Part shown: positions 7,982 to 17,191 of the stretch, piece after piece | How positions within the stretch are numbered: position 1 is the first letter of the stretch | Layout of the letters: each line of letters begins with the position of its first letter | From: Candidatus Yonathbacteria bacterium RIFCSPLOWO2_01_FULL_47_33b | GTDB taxonomy: Bacteria > Patescibacteriota > Minisyncoccia > Phycocordibacterales > UBA1550 | Assembly (NCBI GenBank): GCA_001823575.1 | Contig: MHUW01000016.1 | Span: 2,099 to 66,098 of the forward strand | DNA length: 64,000 bases | Direction of reading: 5' to 3' | Made by a program: the position numbers and the translations under genes | The notes under the pieces: generated by a model | Databases searched by the model: none | Told to the model about the DNA's origin: nothing | The model's input: the letters and a program-made list of their open reading frames with translations, nothing else

Positions 7982-9889
7982 CTATTGTACCACAACCCCT
8001 TGATTTTGGCTAAACTGTGGATCCGAAGAGAGGTTCGTTGTTACGGGAACCTTGCGGTCGCTCAGATTTGTTTTAGTAAATTCATCAACAGCAGTCAATA
8101 CACTTTCTCCGGTAAGAAATGGCGCCTTGCGGAGTTGGCTCAAGCTTGGCAAAAACGAGATTTGGAACGCAGCCTCACGTGTCCCCCCTGCGGGGATGCG
8201 CCCCACATTCCAAGAGACTTCCGAGTTCGTGGCGTTCCAGACCATGTCCTCCCCTGCAGGGGAAATATTTCCCAACCACTTCACATAGACAGGCAAGGTT
8301 GTCTTCACGATTGCGTTGGAAACATTATTTGATCCATTTCGTACAACCCACTTAACAGTGTAGCTCGTCTCAACATCTACGAGAGGAGGGAGTGCTCCGG
8401 TGTTTTTGAAGGGTCCAGCATAATAGAGAGACTGAGCGGCAAGACGAATATCCGTATCAAACTTAACCTTGCGAGATGCGAAGGTGGACACCGTCTCGGG
8501 AGACGCAGTGTTTGAAGTGCGGGCTCGTGCACGTACCTCAAACACAATCTGTGGGTTCTTGGTTGTGCGCACGGCATCCACCCCAAGAGGGACGGGCGAA
8601 AAACTAAAACTTATCGTACCGCGTTCACCAGGCTCGATACTCCCAAGCTCTGGTTTTGTTGTCTTATTCCACACGATTGAGTTATCGAGGGAACGATAGA
8701 AGCCACTGCCATCAGAGTAGACCGAATACTTATTCAACGCATCGCCCTTGAGCGCAATCTCTATAACCGTATCTACAATAGGTGTTGGGCTGTTGCTTTT
8801 CCAAGTAATATCCACGCGGACCCCCCTACCCAGAGGCGCTGCGTACTCAGCAGAACGATCGCCGTTTATAGAAATATCAAGAGCCAAAAATGGTTTAGTG
8901 AGGGTGAGTGTCTCGGTGACAGAATTATATGCCACACCTACGCGACGCTCGTCCTTGAGGTCGGGGGTACCGACCAACACTCTGACCACTTTTTCTTCAT
9001 GTTCCTGCCCTTCAATAATACCTAAAACCTTTATGGTGCGTTTTTCTTGGGGGGCAAGGGTTCCGATATTCCATACGTTGTTCCCTTGCGCGGGAGCAAT
9101 GTCGGCACTTTGAAAAGTGAAGCCGAGTGGGTACGAAACTTCGAGAAGAAGGCCTTGGAGGGAGTCTTTACTATTTGACTCAACCACAATCGCAAGCTCA
9201 ACTTCCTGTCCTGAAGATATTTCTTTTGCAATATCAAGCTTTACATTCACGGGCGAAGCTGAGACACGCAGAGAGTAGGCTGATGATTTTTTAAGGGTCG
9301 CATTTGAGCCCGTCATGCGGTACTCCAAAACAATACTTACTTCTCGTTCTGCGTTTTCCTCACCATACAAAATCGTATTGATACTCTCAGTTACCGACTG
9401 TCCAGGCTGGATTACGCCAAGTTCTTTTGAGATACGTGGTAGCTCAGCCTTATCGGTTGCGGCATAAAACCCTGAAGGATATTCCAAAAATAATGTTGCT
9501 GCTTCAATGGCGACCTTGTTTTCATTGGTTATCGTAATCTTACTCTCAAAAGGCTCCCCGCCAGCAACGGCGAGAGGGGCAACTGTTTCTATCTTTATAT
9601 TCTCACCCGAAATAATATTCGAGCCACGCCACCACACAAGAGCCGCAACGACTGCTGCGAACACAAAGAACCCTAAGGAAATATAGACGATTTTTTTTAT
9701 CATAGTATGACGAGCCTTTGCACGCTCCTGCTCGTGTGCAGATGCACGCGCCTCGCTTTCAGCGTCCCACGCGGAAGGAACAACTATTTCTTTTCGCTCA
9801 AGAGTGTCTTCGACCTCATGCGGTTTAAACTCTCTCCCATAGAGCTCTTTTTCAAGCTCCGCAATTTTGCTTTTCATGTCATCTGCCAT
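7982..9889 (-). CDS. Membrane-anchored protein with N-terminal cytoplasmic coiled-coil, one TM helix and a large extracytoplasmic beta-rich repeat region
   Basis: TM segment IVYISLGFFVFAAVVAALVWW after a charged N-terminus. The remainder is T/S/V-rich with repeated beta-domain character. Start set at MADDMKSKIAELE (ATG at 9887-9889). Confidence 0.5.
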   Translation of the reverse strand: MADDMKSKIAELEKELYGREFKPHEVEDTLERKEIVVPSAWDAESEARASAHEQERAKARHTMIKKIVYISLGFFVFAAVVAALVWWRGSNIISGENIKIETVAPLAVAGGEPFESKITITNENKVAIEAATLFLEYPSGFYAATDKAELPRISKELGVIQPGQSVTESINTILYGEENAEREVSIVLEYRMTGSNATLKKSSAYSLRVSASPVNVKLDIAKEISSGQEVELAIVVESNSKDSLQGLLLEVSYPLGFTFQSADIAPAQGNNVWNIGTLAPQEKRTIKVLGIIEGQEHEEKVVRVLVGTPDLKDERRVGVAYNSVTETLTLTKPFLALDISINGDRSAEYAAPLGRGVRVDITWKSNSPTPIVDTVIEIALKGDALNKYSVYSDGSGFYRSLDNSIVWNKTTKPELGSIEPGERGTISFSFSPVPLGVDAVRTTKNPQIVFEVRARARTSNTASPETVSTFASRKVKFDTDIRLAAQSLYYAGPFKNTGALPPLVDVETSYTVKWVVRNGSNNVSNAIVKTTLPVYVKWLGNISPAGEDMVWNATNSEVSWNVGRIPAGGTREAAFQISFLPSLSQLRKAPFLTGESVLTAVDEFTKTNLSDRKVPVTTNLSSDPQFSQNQGVVVQ

Positions 9890-10030
9890 ACTGTTCAGTA
9901 TACCCCCACACTTACTTTTTTCATAGACTATTTTTATCAAAAAATACCTCAAAACAACAACTGCCTAACCTTAGGCGCAAAAGTAAGTGTGGGGGTATAG
10001 CAATATTTTCAACGACAGAGAATACAAAAA

Positions 10031-10618
10031 CTATAACTGAGATGAATGAAGGGCGGCGTTTATTGCGGGGATAGCGCTTGTCCGTATTTTTTCAAAATCG
10101 TTAAGGATTTCTCGTGACCACATTCCTGGCTCAAGGAAACGCTCGTAGGACCCTGGGTCAAGATACCCCAACCACACAAGACTGCGCAGGGTTGCCAGCG
10201 TCTCGAAAGAAAGCGTGAGCTCGTCGGGGATTGCATCCTGCTCTAAAAAACTGAGCGCACCGAGAAGATCCTGAAAAAGCTCATCCTCTCTTCCCTCTCC
10301 GTGAATCAACCGTGAGAGCAGTGCGCACATCCTGGCAAAAAGTTTCAATCGCACGGTGTCGCCCTTTATCCCTGGAAAAAACTTTTCTTCTCCTGCGCTC
10401 GTAATGCGCCAAACTTCTTTGCCGCGTACGAGATCAACATTGATAAGCGAAAAATCCTGCAGCACGTAGCGAAGCTTTGACTCCTCTTTGCGTACCGATT
10501 GCGCCGAAGCACCCACAAGGCCGAGCTCTTCGGTAAAAATCTTATAGAATCGGTTTGACTCACCGATAGGCACACTGCCGAGAATGATTCCGCGGGTGTG
10601 GTAAATATGATGCGCCAT
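10031..10618 (-). CDS. recO: DNA repair protein RecO
   Basis: 195 aa. N-terminal OB-fold pattern (HTRGIILGSVPIGESNRFYKIFTEELGLVGASAQSVRKEESKLR) typical of RecO. Confidence 0.7.
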   Translation of the reverse strand: MAHHIYHTRGIILGSVPIGESNRFYKIFTEELGLVGASAQSVRKEESKLRYVLQDFSLINVDLVRGKEVWRITSAGEEKFFPGIKGDTVRLKLFARMCALLSRLIHGEGREDELFQDLLGALSFLEQDAIPDELTLSFETLATLRSLVWLGYLDPGSYERFLEPGMWSREILNDFEKIRTSAIPAINAALHSSQL

Positions 10619-10622
10619 AAAT

Positions 10623-10660
10623 TAGGAGTTAGCCAATAGCTTCTAAATACTAGTGACTAA
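10623..10660. repeat. Six TA(G/A) triplets phased every 7 nt across the ileS stop/recO start spacer
   Basis: TAG/TAA at 10623, 10630, 10637, 10644, 10651 and 10658. Contains CTATTGGCTA on the minus strand, as in the 1516-1546 spacer. Confidence 0.45.
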
Positions 10661-13600
10661 TAGCGAAGGTAAAGGGTATCCCATCAATATCGGTTCTTTC
10701 ACCCACAACCTCGATAAACACAATATCTTTAAGGAGTGCAGTTTTTTTGAGGTCTGCGCTAAACTCTTCGACAAGCGCGCGCCCTTCGTCGTTCGTCGCG
10801 ACCTCGAGTGTCACCATGTCGGCGGGAGTAAGGCCGGTCTTTTTACGGAGCTCCTGTACGGTGCGCACCAGGTCGCGGAATTGTCCTTCACGTTTGAGCT
10901 CGGGGGTGATAACGATATCGAGAGAAACCTCTTGTTCAGCTGTTTCTGTAAAAATAACTTTTTTAACATTGAGTTCGTCGGTAATAATAGACGACAGTGC
11001 AGAATTAAGGACAACGCCCCGCACGGTGACCGAAGCCAGCGGCTGGCGAACCTTGATTCCCGCCTTGGCGCGCGCCTCAAGGGCAAGTGATACGACACGG
11101 CGCACTTCGGCCATATCGGTAAGTATGAGATTGTCAGACACAGAAAACTCTGGCCATGACTCGAGGTGCACACTTTCTTTGTCACCGCCTGCATGAGCGT
11201 AAAGATGTTCCGCAAGGAATGGCATCACGGGTGCGAGTAGTTTTGAAAATTCACGAAGCACGGTGCGTGTCGTTGCAATAGCATTTGCGCGATCATCAGC
11301 ATCGTCCGACTTGAAACGGTCGCGCGAACGGCGGATGTACCACGTTGAAAGATCATCAACAAAGAGGCCTATGGGCTTTGCGGCGCGGTCGAGCTCGTAG
11401 GTATCGAACGAACGCGTCATTTCATTTCCTAGTTCTGCAAGGCGTGCAAAAATCCATTGATCGAGAGGGCTATTACTCTTCCCTTCTTTGCTTTGCGCGG
11501 ATTCTTCGGGATACATTTCGTAAAATGAAAGTACGTTCATTAGTCGCACGATAATCTTTTTTACCACCTCATCAACGCCACGCTCAGAAAATGCCAGATC
11601 CTCGGCGTGCACAATGGGTGACGCAAGCATATAGTACCGCACCGCATCCGCACCATATTTATTCAAAACCTCAATAGGGTCGGGATAGTTCTTGAGTTTC
11701 TTGGACATCTTTTGTCCGTCCTCAGCAAGCACCATGCCGTTCACGATGACGTTTTTAAACGGTGATTTATCAAAGAGCCCCACCGACAAAACGAGCATAT
11801 TATAAAACCATCCACGCGTTTGGTCCACACCCTCGGCGATAAAATCTGCGGGAAAATTCTTTTCAAAAAGTTCTTTGTTTTCAAACGGATAATGAAACTG
11901 CGCGTACGGCATTGACCCCGACTCAAACCAACAGTCAAACACGTAGGGCGTACGCGACATCGTGCCACCGCACGGGCACGAAACAACCACCTTATCGATA
12001 TATGGCCTATGAAGGTCAAATTCAAAATCAGCATTGTGGGGAAACGGCGCAAAAGGAAGCTCGCGCACTTCGCCGGTTAGCAAAAAATCATCTCTGTTTT
12101 CTTTGAGCAATACCGCTTGGTTAACCGTTGCGCCCGCTGTTCCCGCTACCAACATCCACGCGGGGTACTCGTGGGTAACAATAAGTATGGTTTTCCCCGC
12201 ATAGCGCGCTTCGAGTTCCTCGAGAAATGGCATCACCCGGAGCTTTACATCAAGGAGGCACTCTCCTCCGTCGGGACGTTTAGTAAGCTTTTCTTTAATA
12301 GAAGAAAAATTGCCACGATATTCCTCGATAGGTCGTCCATCAAAAATACCCGTGTCGATTTCCTTGATGCGTTCGTCAACAACGATCTGTCGGGTATCGT
12401 AGCCAATAGCAGCAGCAACAATCTCGGCGGTCTCTTTGGTGCGCACAAAGGGCGACGTAACAATGAGGTCGATACGCTCTCCTGTAAGTTTCTTACCTGA
12501 CTCTTCTGCAGAGACGCGACCTTTTTCGGTAAGCGAAAATTCTGCGTTCGTCTCGAGTTTTGAACTTACCACGCCACGTGCATTACTTTGTGCTTCCCCG
12601 TGACGCATTACGAGATAGCGATTACCTGACTTTTTTGTTTTTTCCGCAAGCTCGGCGCGTGAGCCAAACACCTCGCGTTTTTCGCATGAGCTGCAGTGCC
12701 ATACAGGAAGTGGTGCTCCCCAATAGCGTGAGCGTGAGATAGCCCAGTCGCGTGCATTCTCAAGCCACTTACCAAAACGGCCATCACGCATATTCTCGGG
12801 CACCCATGATGTTTTCGCATTTTCTGAAAGAAGTTTTTCTTTGAGTTCGGGCGCGCGCACAAACCACGAACCAGCGGCGTAGTTCAAAAGCGGTGTATCA
12901 CAGCGCCAACAATGAGGGTATGAGTGAATGATTTTTTCTTTTGAAAAAAGTGCGCCCATCCCTGCGAGATGTTTAATGATGAGAATATCGGTTGCTTGAT
13001 GGTCCCCTTTTGGCTTGACGGCGATACCGGCAAAGTCCCGCACTTCGGACTTCATGAGTCCGTCCATACCCACGTGCTGCACAAAAGGAAGCTTCTCGCG
13101 CGTTCCGAGTGCCATATCATCCTCGCCAAAAGCAGGCGCAATATGCACGATACCCGTACCGCTCTCCATCGTTACAAACGACGCGCCATACACCTTCCAA
13201 CCGTTCTCGCGGTGAGCAAGGGCGCCCTGTGACGCGTAATAATCAAAAAGTGGTTTATAGGAGCGACCAGCAACATCAGCGCCGCGCATTGTTTTTATGA
13301 TGCGATGTTCTTTTCCTTCAAATACTTTTTCTACGCGCGCGTTTGCAAGAATATAGCGCTCATCGTTAAGAGCAACTTCTGCGTACTCCTCATCGGGGTT
13401 CACCGCGAGAGCAACGTTGCCGGGCAGAGTCCACGGCGTTGTCGTCCACGCAAGGAGGTAAGTATGTGGCTCATCGGCAAGTGCAAATTTTACGGTCACC
13501 GAGATATCCGTGATATCCTTGTAGCCCTCGGACACTTCATTATTTGAAAGTGTCGTCTCGCAACGCGGGCAAATGTGCATGGGTTTGAACCCTTGATACA

Positions 13601-14111
13601 CGAGCCCTTTATCATGGAGCGTCTTGAACGCCCACCAAATTGACTCGGTATAGTTCGCATCCATCGTGCTGTACGCGTGTTCCATATCGATCCATCGCCC
13701 AAGGCGCGGTATCATTTTTTTCCACTCAGCATCATAACGAAGCACTGACGCACGCGCTGCTTCGTTGAAATTTCCGATACCATAGTCCTCAATATCTTTC
13801 TTGTGCGCAAGACCAAGCTCGGCCTCGATCAAGTTCTCAATCGGCAATCCATGACAATCCCAGCCCCATACGCGGCGTACGTAACGCCCATTCATCGTCT
13901 GATAGCGTGGAATAGTGTCCTTGATCGTGCTGGCGAGTAAGTGCCCATAGTGCGGGAGTCCTGTTGCAAAAGGTGGCCCGTCATAAAAGACAAATTCCTC
14001 CCCGCCCTTTGTTTGTGCAAGAGACTTCTCAAAAACCCCCTGCGATTGCCATGCCGCCAGGGTTTCCTCTTCGCGCTTCGCGATATCAGACTTTTTCTCT
14101 AGTTCGTCCAT
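10650..14111 (-). CDS. ileS: Isoleucyl-tRNA synthetase (type 2/eukaryote-like) carrying an internal histidine-phosphatase (PGAM-like) domain
   Basis: 1153 aa. HYGHLL (HIGH) and KMSKKLKNYPDP (KMSKS) motifs. CP1 editing domain. Conserved FDCWFESGSMPYAQFHYPFEN...DQTRGWFY block. Inserted RHGEAQSNARG...SPFVRTKETAEI...LIVTHEY domain at about aa 497-685. Confidence 0.9.
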   Translation of the reverse strand: MDELEKKSDIAKREEETLAAWQSQGVFEKSLAQTKGGEEFVFYDGPPFATGLPHYGHLLASTIKDTIPRYQTMNGRYVRRVWGWDCHGLPIENLIEAELGLAHKKDIEDYGIGNFNEAARASVLRYDAEWKKMIPRLGRWIDMEHAYSTMDANYTESIWWAFKTLHDKGLVYQGFKPMHICPRCETTLSNNEVSEGYKDITDISVTVKFALADEPHTYLLAWTTTPWTLPGNVALAVNPDEEYAEVALNDERYILANARVEKVFEGKEHRIIKTMRGADVAGRSYKPLFDYYASQGALAHRENGWKVYGASFVTMESGTGIVHIAPAFGEDDMALGTREKLPFVQHVGMDGLMKSEVRDFAGIAVKPKGDHQATDILIIKHLAGMGALFSKEKIIHSYPHCWRCDTPLLNYAAGSWFVRAPELKEKLLSENAKTSWVPENMRDGRFGKWLENARDWAISRSRYWGAPLPVWHCSSCEKREVFGSRAELAEKTKKSGNRYLVMRHGEAQSNARGVVSSKLETNAEFSLTEKGRVSAEESGKKLTGERIDLIVTSPFVRTKETAEIVAAAIGYDTRQIVVDERIKEIDTGIFDGRPIEEYRGNFSSIKEKLTKRPDGGECLLDVKLRVMPFLEELEARYAGKTILIVTHEYPAWMLVAGTAGATVNQAVLLKENRDDFLLTGEVRELPFAPFPHNADFEFDLHRPYIDKVVVSCPCGGTMSRTPYVFDCWFESGSMPYAQFHYPFENKELFEKNFPADFIAEGVDQTRGWFYNMLVLSVGLFDKSPFKNVIVNGMVLAEDGQKMSKKLKNYPDPIEVLNKYGADAVRYYMLASPIVHAEDLAFSERGVDEVVKKIIVRLMNVLSFYEMYPEESAQSKEGKSNSPLDQWIFARLAELGNEMTRSFDTYELDRAAKPIGLFVDDLSTWYIRRSRDRFKSDDADDRANAIATTRTVLREFSKLLAPVMPFLAEHLYAHAGGDKESVHLESWPEFSVSDNLILTDMAEVRRVVSLALEARAKAGIKVRQPLASVTVRGVVLNSALSSIITDELNVKKVIFTETAEQEVSLDIVITPELKREGQFRDLVRTVQELRKKTGLTPADMVTLEVATNDEGRALVEEFSADLKKTALLKDIVFIEVVGERTDIDGIPFTFAISH

Positions 14112-14158
14112 ATTTATTCAGAATAACACAAACAACATTGCTCACCAAAAAATCCCCT

Positions 14159-14206
14159 CCTTTTATCACAGACTCGTAGCTATAGCTACGAGTCTGTGAT
14201 AAAAGG
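14159..14206 (-). terminator. 48-nt perfect palindrome (ccttttatcacagactcgtagcta|tagctacgagtctgtgataaaagg) flanked by CCCC/GGGG
   Basis: Read directly. 17 nt downstream of the argS stop, upstream of the ileS start. Confidence 0.6.
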
Positions 14207-14222
14207 GGTCAATGGATAACCT

Positions 14223-15893
14223 TTACATTCTCTCGGGTGCCGAGATGCCGAGAAGGCTCAATCCGTTCTTCATGGTCTGAGAGACCGCCTTCACGAGAGC
14301 AAGTTTGTAGGGTTCGTCTTCTTTGCCGTCGAGAACTATTGTATTCCCATAGAATGAGTTGAACTCTCGTGCGAGCTCTATCAAGTATGTCGCAATATGA
14401 TGAGGTTCGCGCTCCTCGTTTGCGCGCAGAACGATTTCAGGGAAATGAAGGAGGCGCTTGTGGAGCATGTTTGTTCCCGTGTGTACGCCCAGGGCGTCGA
14501 TTGTTTTACCCCCTGCTTTCTCGAGAAGCGATCGTGTACGCGCGTAGGTGTACTGCAAGTACGGACCAGAATCCCCTTCGAACGAAAGTGACTGCTCAAA
14601 ATCAAAAATAATATCCTTACCCGATGCTTGACGAAGGATAGAGTACTTAATGGCGCCAATGGCAATTTTTTCTGCAAGCTCATCTTGTTCATCCGAAGAG
14701 AACAATTCTGTTGAGATTTTGGTGCGCGCTTTTTCTTTGGTATCAGCGATGAGCGACTCGGCAGTAATAACGTCACCTGTGCGTGAAGACATTTTGCCAG
14801 TCGGCAAGCGAAGCATACCGTGAGAAATATGAATCGTTTTTAAAGCCAAGTCAGGGAAAACTTTTGCCATCGCATCGAGAAGCACTCTAAAGTACGCATT
14901 CACTTCATTGCCTGTGATTACGATAGAAGCATCGTACGGATACGTATCGTATTTTATTTTTGCCAAACCAAGCTCTTTTGCCTCGTATGTAGGTAACCCT
15001 TCGGAGTTAATGAAAACGCGAGTGTGCAACCCTTTTTCTTCATCGCCTTTATATACAATAGCGCCCCCCTCCCCTTGTTCAAAAATTGCAGGATTATCAA
15101 GAACAACTTTTTTTCCAAATTCTCCTGTTTTTGATTCAAAAAAATAGTAATCAAACTTTGTGCCGAGTTTTTTGTAAATCGTTTCAAAGTAGTCGAGGCT
15201 CACCTTAAGTCCATTATTATAAAGTTCGTCGACCTGAGCATCTGAATGCTCGTATATTTTTTTATTAATTTCAATAATTTCTGTTTTTGCTTCAACATTA
15301 TTCTCATACCCTGTCGCTCCTAGGGAATAAGCGATTCCAAGTCTTTGAATAAGCGTTGCGAGATGAGGGGTACCCTCTGAAAGTTTTTTAATCCCCCAAA
15401 TTGTTTTCGCCACATGCATCCCCACATCGCCCTGGTAGCACGCGCGCCTTGTCTCCGCGCCGCTCGCTTTAACGATGCGCGAAATGGACTCGCCGATGGC
15501 GTTCGACATCAAGTGCCCAATGTGAAATTCCTTGAATGGGTTCGGGTCGGTATATTCGACGATAACTTTTTTACCCTCAAGCTTTTTATTTTCACCCCAC
15601 TGTGCCCCTTGCTCTAGGGCGTCCTTGAGTGCCTGTGCAAGATATTCGTCAGAAAGTCTGAAGTTAATAAACCCTGGGCCGGCAATCTCAAGTTCTTTAA
15701 TTTCCTCAGTAGGAGTTTCGAGTATTTTCTCCACCAGTTTTCCTGCGAGTTCTCGTGGTGAAATACCAGCAACTTTTGCGTACGCAAGCGCGACGTTGGT
15801 GGCATAATCCCCATGCGACGAATCCGCGGGGCGCTCAAGCACCACAACGCCCGCCTCGATACCGAGCGCTCCCAACGCCTCCACAACGACCAT
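14223..15893 (-). CDS. argS: Arginyl-tRNA synthetase
   Basis: N-terminal Arg-tRNA-synthetase additional domain, HIGH motif (FHIGHLMSNAIGE), GKMSSRTG (KMSKS-like). The ORF track begins at a GTG at 15938; ATG at 15893 is preferred because an AAGGAG Shine-Dalgarno lies 9 nt upstream. Confidence 0.85.
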   Translation of the reverse strand: MVVVEALGALGIEAGVVVLERPADSSHGDYATNVALAYAKVAGISPRELAGKLVEKILETPTEEIKELEIAGPGFINFRLSDEYLAQALKDALEQGAQWGENKKLEGKKVIVEYTDPNPFKEFHIGHLMSNAIGESISRIVKASGAETRRACYQGDVGMHVAKTIWGIKKLSEGTPHLATLIQRLGIAYSLGATGYENNVEAKTEIIEINKKIYEHSDAQVDELYNNGLKVSLDYFETIYKKLGTKFDYYFFESKTGEFGKKVVLDNPAIFEQGEGGAIVYKGDEEKGLHTRVFINSEGLPTYEAKELGLAKIKYDTYPYDASIVITGNEVNAYFRVLLDAMAKVFPDLALKTIHISHGMLRLPTGKMSSRTGDVITAESLIADTKEKARTKISTELFSSDEQDELAEKIAIGAIKYSILRQASGKDIIFDFEQSLSFEGDSGPYLQYTYARTRSLLEKAGGKTIDALGVHTGTNMLHKRLLHFPEIVLRANEEREPHHIATYLIELAREFNSFYGNTIVLDGKEDEPYKLALVKAVSQTMKNGLSLLGISAPERM

Positions 15894-15932
15894 TTCTAGT
15901 TTCTCCTTCATAACGCTGAGCATAACAAAAAA

Positions 15933-15963
15933 CCCCACAAAATGACAATGTCATTTTGTGGGG
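15933..15963 (-). terminator. 31-nt perfect palindrome ccccacaaaatgaca-a-tgtcattttgtgggg
   Basis: Read directly. Between the tmk stop and the argS start. Near-identical copy at 17147-17177 with compensatory G/C to A/T changes. Confidence 0.6.
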
Positions 15964-15979
15964 TTACTGCATTGCTTCA

Positions 15980-16621
15980 TTACTTCCAGCCACAATGCTC
16001 GCTCACGATTTTGTACACTTCTTCGTGAATCGCCTCGGGAGACCGATCGCCGTCAATCATGATAACATGGTTTGGCAGATCCTCGCGAAGGGACTGGAAT
16101 CCCTTGCGCACCCGCTCATACCACTCGAGGGGCTTTTTATCAAACAGCGACTTGCTGCGACTCGTGTCGGCATCAACGCGCCGCTTTGCCTCTTTTGCCG
16201 GCAGGTCAATAAAAAGATAAAGCGTCGGAGGATGTTTACCAAAAATCATGCTTCGTATCCGCCAGAACTCGTCCTCAAGCTCTGGTGCTTCTTTTGCATA
16301 CACTTGGTATGCCATCGTCGACGAATCACATCGATCAGAAATAACAGGAACTCCTTTCTCAAGGTTTGGTAGCACAACCCTTTCAAACCAATCCGAGCGT
16401 GCTGCCCACATCATAAAAAATTGCGTTCGTGCACTTGCAATGGCACCCTCAGGCGAGCTGAAGAGGTCACGGATTTTTTCACCGAGCGGCGAACCACCTG
16501 GTTCGCGTGTGTCGACAAACTGACGATGTGCGTGAAGTGCACGATCGATCAAAAGTTTAACCTGCGTACCCTTCCCTGAGCCGTCCATGCCGTCAAAAAC
16601 AATAAATGGTGCTTTTTTCAT
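15980..16621 (-). CDS. tmk: Thymidylate kinase
   Basis: P-loop FIVFDGMDGSGKGTQ, 213 aa, dTMP kinase length and motifs. Confidence 0.85.
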   Translation of the reverse strand: MKKAPFIVFDGMDGSGKGTQVKLLIDRALHAHRQFVDTREPGGSPLGEKIRDLFSSPEGAIASARTQFFMMWAARSDWFERVVLPNLEKGVPVISDRCDSSTMAYQVYAKEAPELEDEFWRIRSMIFGKHPPTLYLFIDLPAKEAKRRVDADTSRSKSLFDKKPLEWYERVRKGFQSLREDLPNHVIMIDGDRSPEAIHEEVYKIVSEHCGWK

Positions 16622-16691
16622 ACATCCTCCCTTAGTTAACGAACATTTACTCCTGCCAACGTTCTACCAAGAAACAGCACTCATTGCAATA

Positions 16692-17117
16692 CTACTCCTT
16701 CCCCGTACTTCCGAAACCACCCTCGCCTCGTACTGTCTCAGAAAGTTCTGCAACTTCGATGATCTCTGCTCGCTCAACTTTTTGAATCAGCATCTGCGCA
16801 ATTTTGTGCCCTGCACTGATTGTGTACTCCTCGGTACCCAAATTCACCATCCCCACTTTTACCTCCCCGCGATACCCCGCATCCACCACCCCGCCAAGAG
16901 TTTTGAGCCCGTGCGTCGTCGAGAGTCCGCTCTTGTCCCAAATGAGCCCCACGAATCCGTCGGGGATGTCCATCGCAATCCCTGTGCCAATCAGCACGCG
17001 CACGCCGACAGGAATCGCCACCTCCTCAATCGCATACAGATCAAACCCCGCATCACCCGGGTGTGCATACGACGGCACTTTTGCATCAGTATGCAGTTTT
17101 TTTATTTTAAGTTCCAT
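16692..17117 (-). CDS. dut: dUTP diphosphatase (trimeric dUTPase)
   Basis: AHPGDAGFDLYA, GLIWDKSGL and RGEGGFGSTG motifs. Start at MELKIKK (ATG 17115-17117). Confidence 0.9.
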   Translation of the reverse strand: MELKIKKLHTDAKVPSYAHPGDAGFDLYAIEEVAIPVGVRVLIGTGIAMDIPDGFVGLIWDKSGLSTTHGLKTLGGVVDAGYRGEVKVGMVNLGTEEYTISAGHKIAQMLIQKVERAEIIEVAELSETVRGEGGFGSTGKE

Positions 17118-17146
17118 TCCACATATTATATCACGCAAAGAAAAAG

Positions 17147-17177
17147 CCCCGCAAAATGACAATGTCATTTTGCGGGG
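17147..17177 (-). terminator. 31-nt perfect palindrome ccccgcaaaatgaca-a-tgtcattttgcgggg
   Basis: Read directly. Between the dcd stop and the dut start. Paralog of 15933-15963. Confidence 0.6.
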
Positions 17178-17191
17178 CAAATGCTACCTTG

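Noticed and set aside
10366-10575. Numerous 60-150-aa ORFs in the track lying antisense to or inside large genes (for example 10366..10575, 870..1106, 22949..23560)
   Set aside because: They are shadow ORFs fully embedded in well-supported genes, with low-complexity or Arg/Ser-rich translations typical of the antisense strand of GC-rich coding sequence.
15894-15938. argS start at the upstream GTG used by the ORF track
   Set aside because: It overlaps the 15933-15963 palindrome and has no Shine-Dalgarno. ATG at 15893 with AAGGAG 9 nt upstream preferred.
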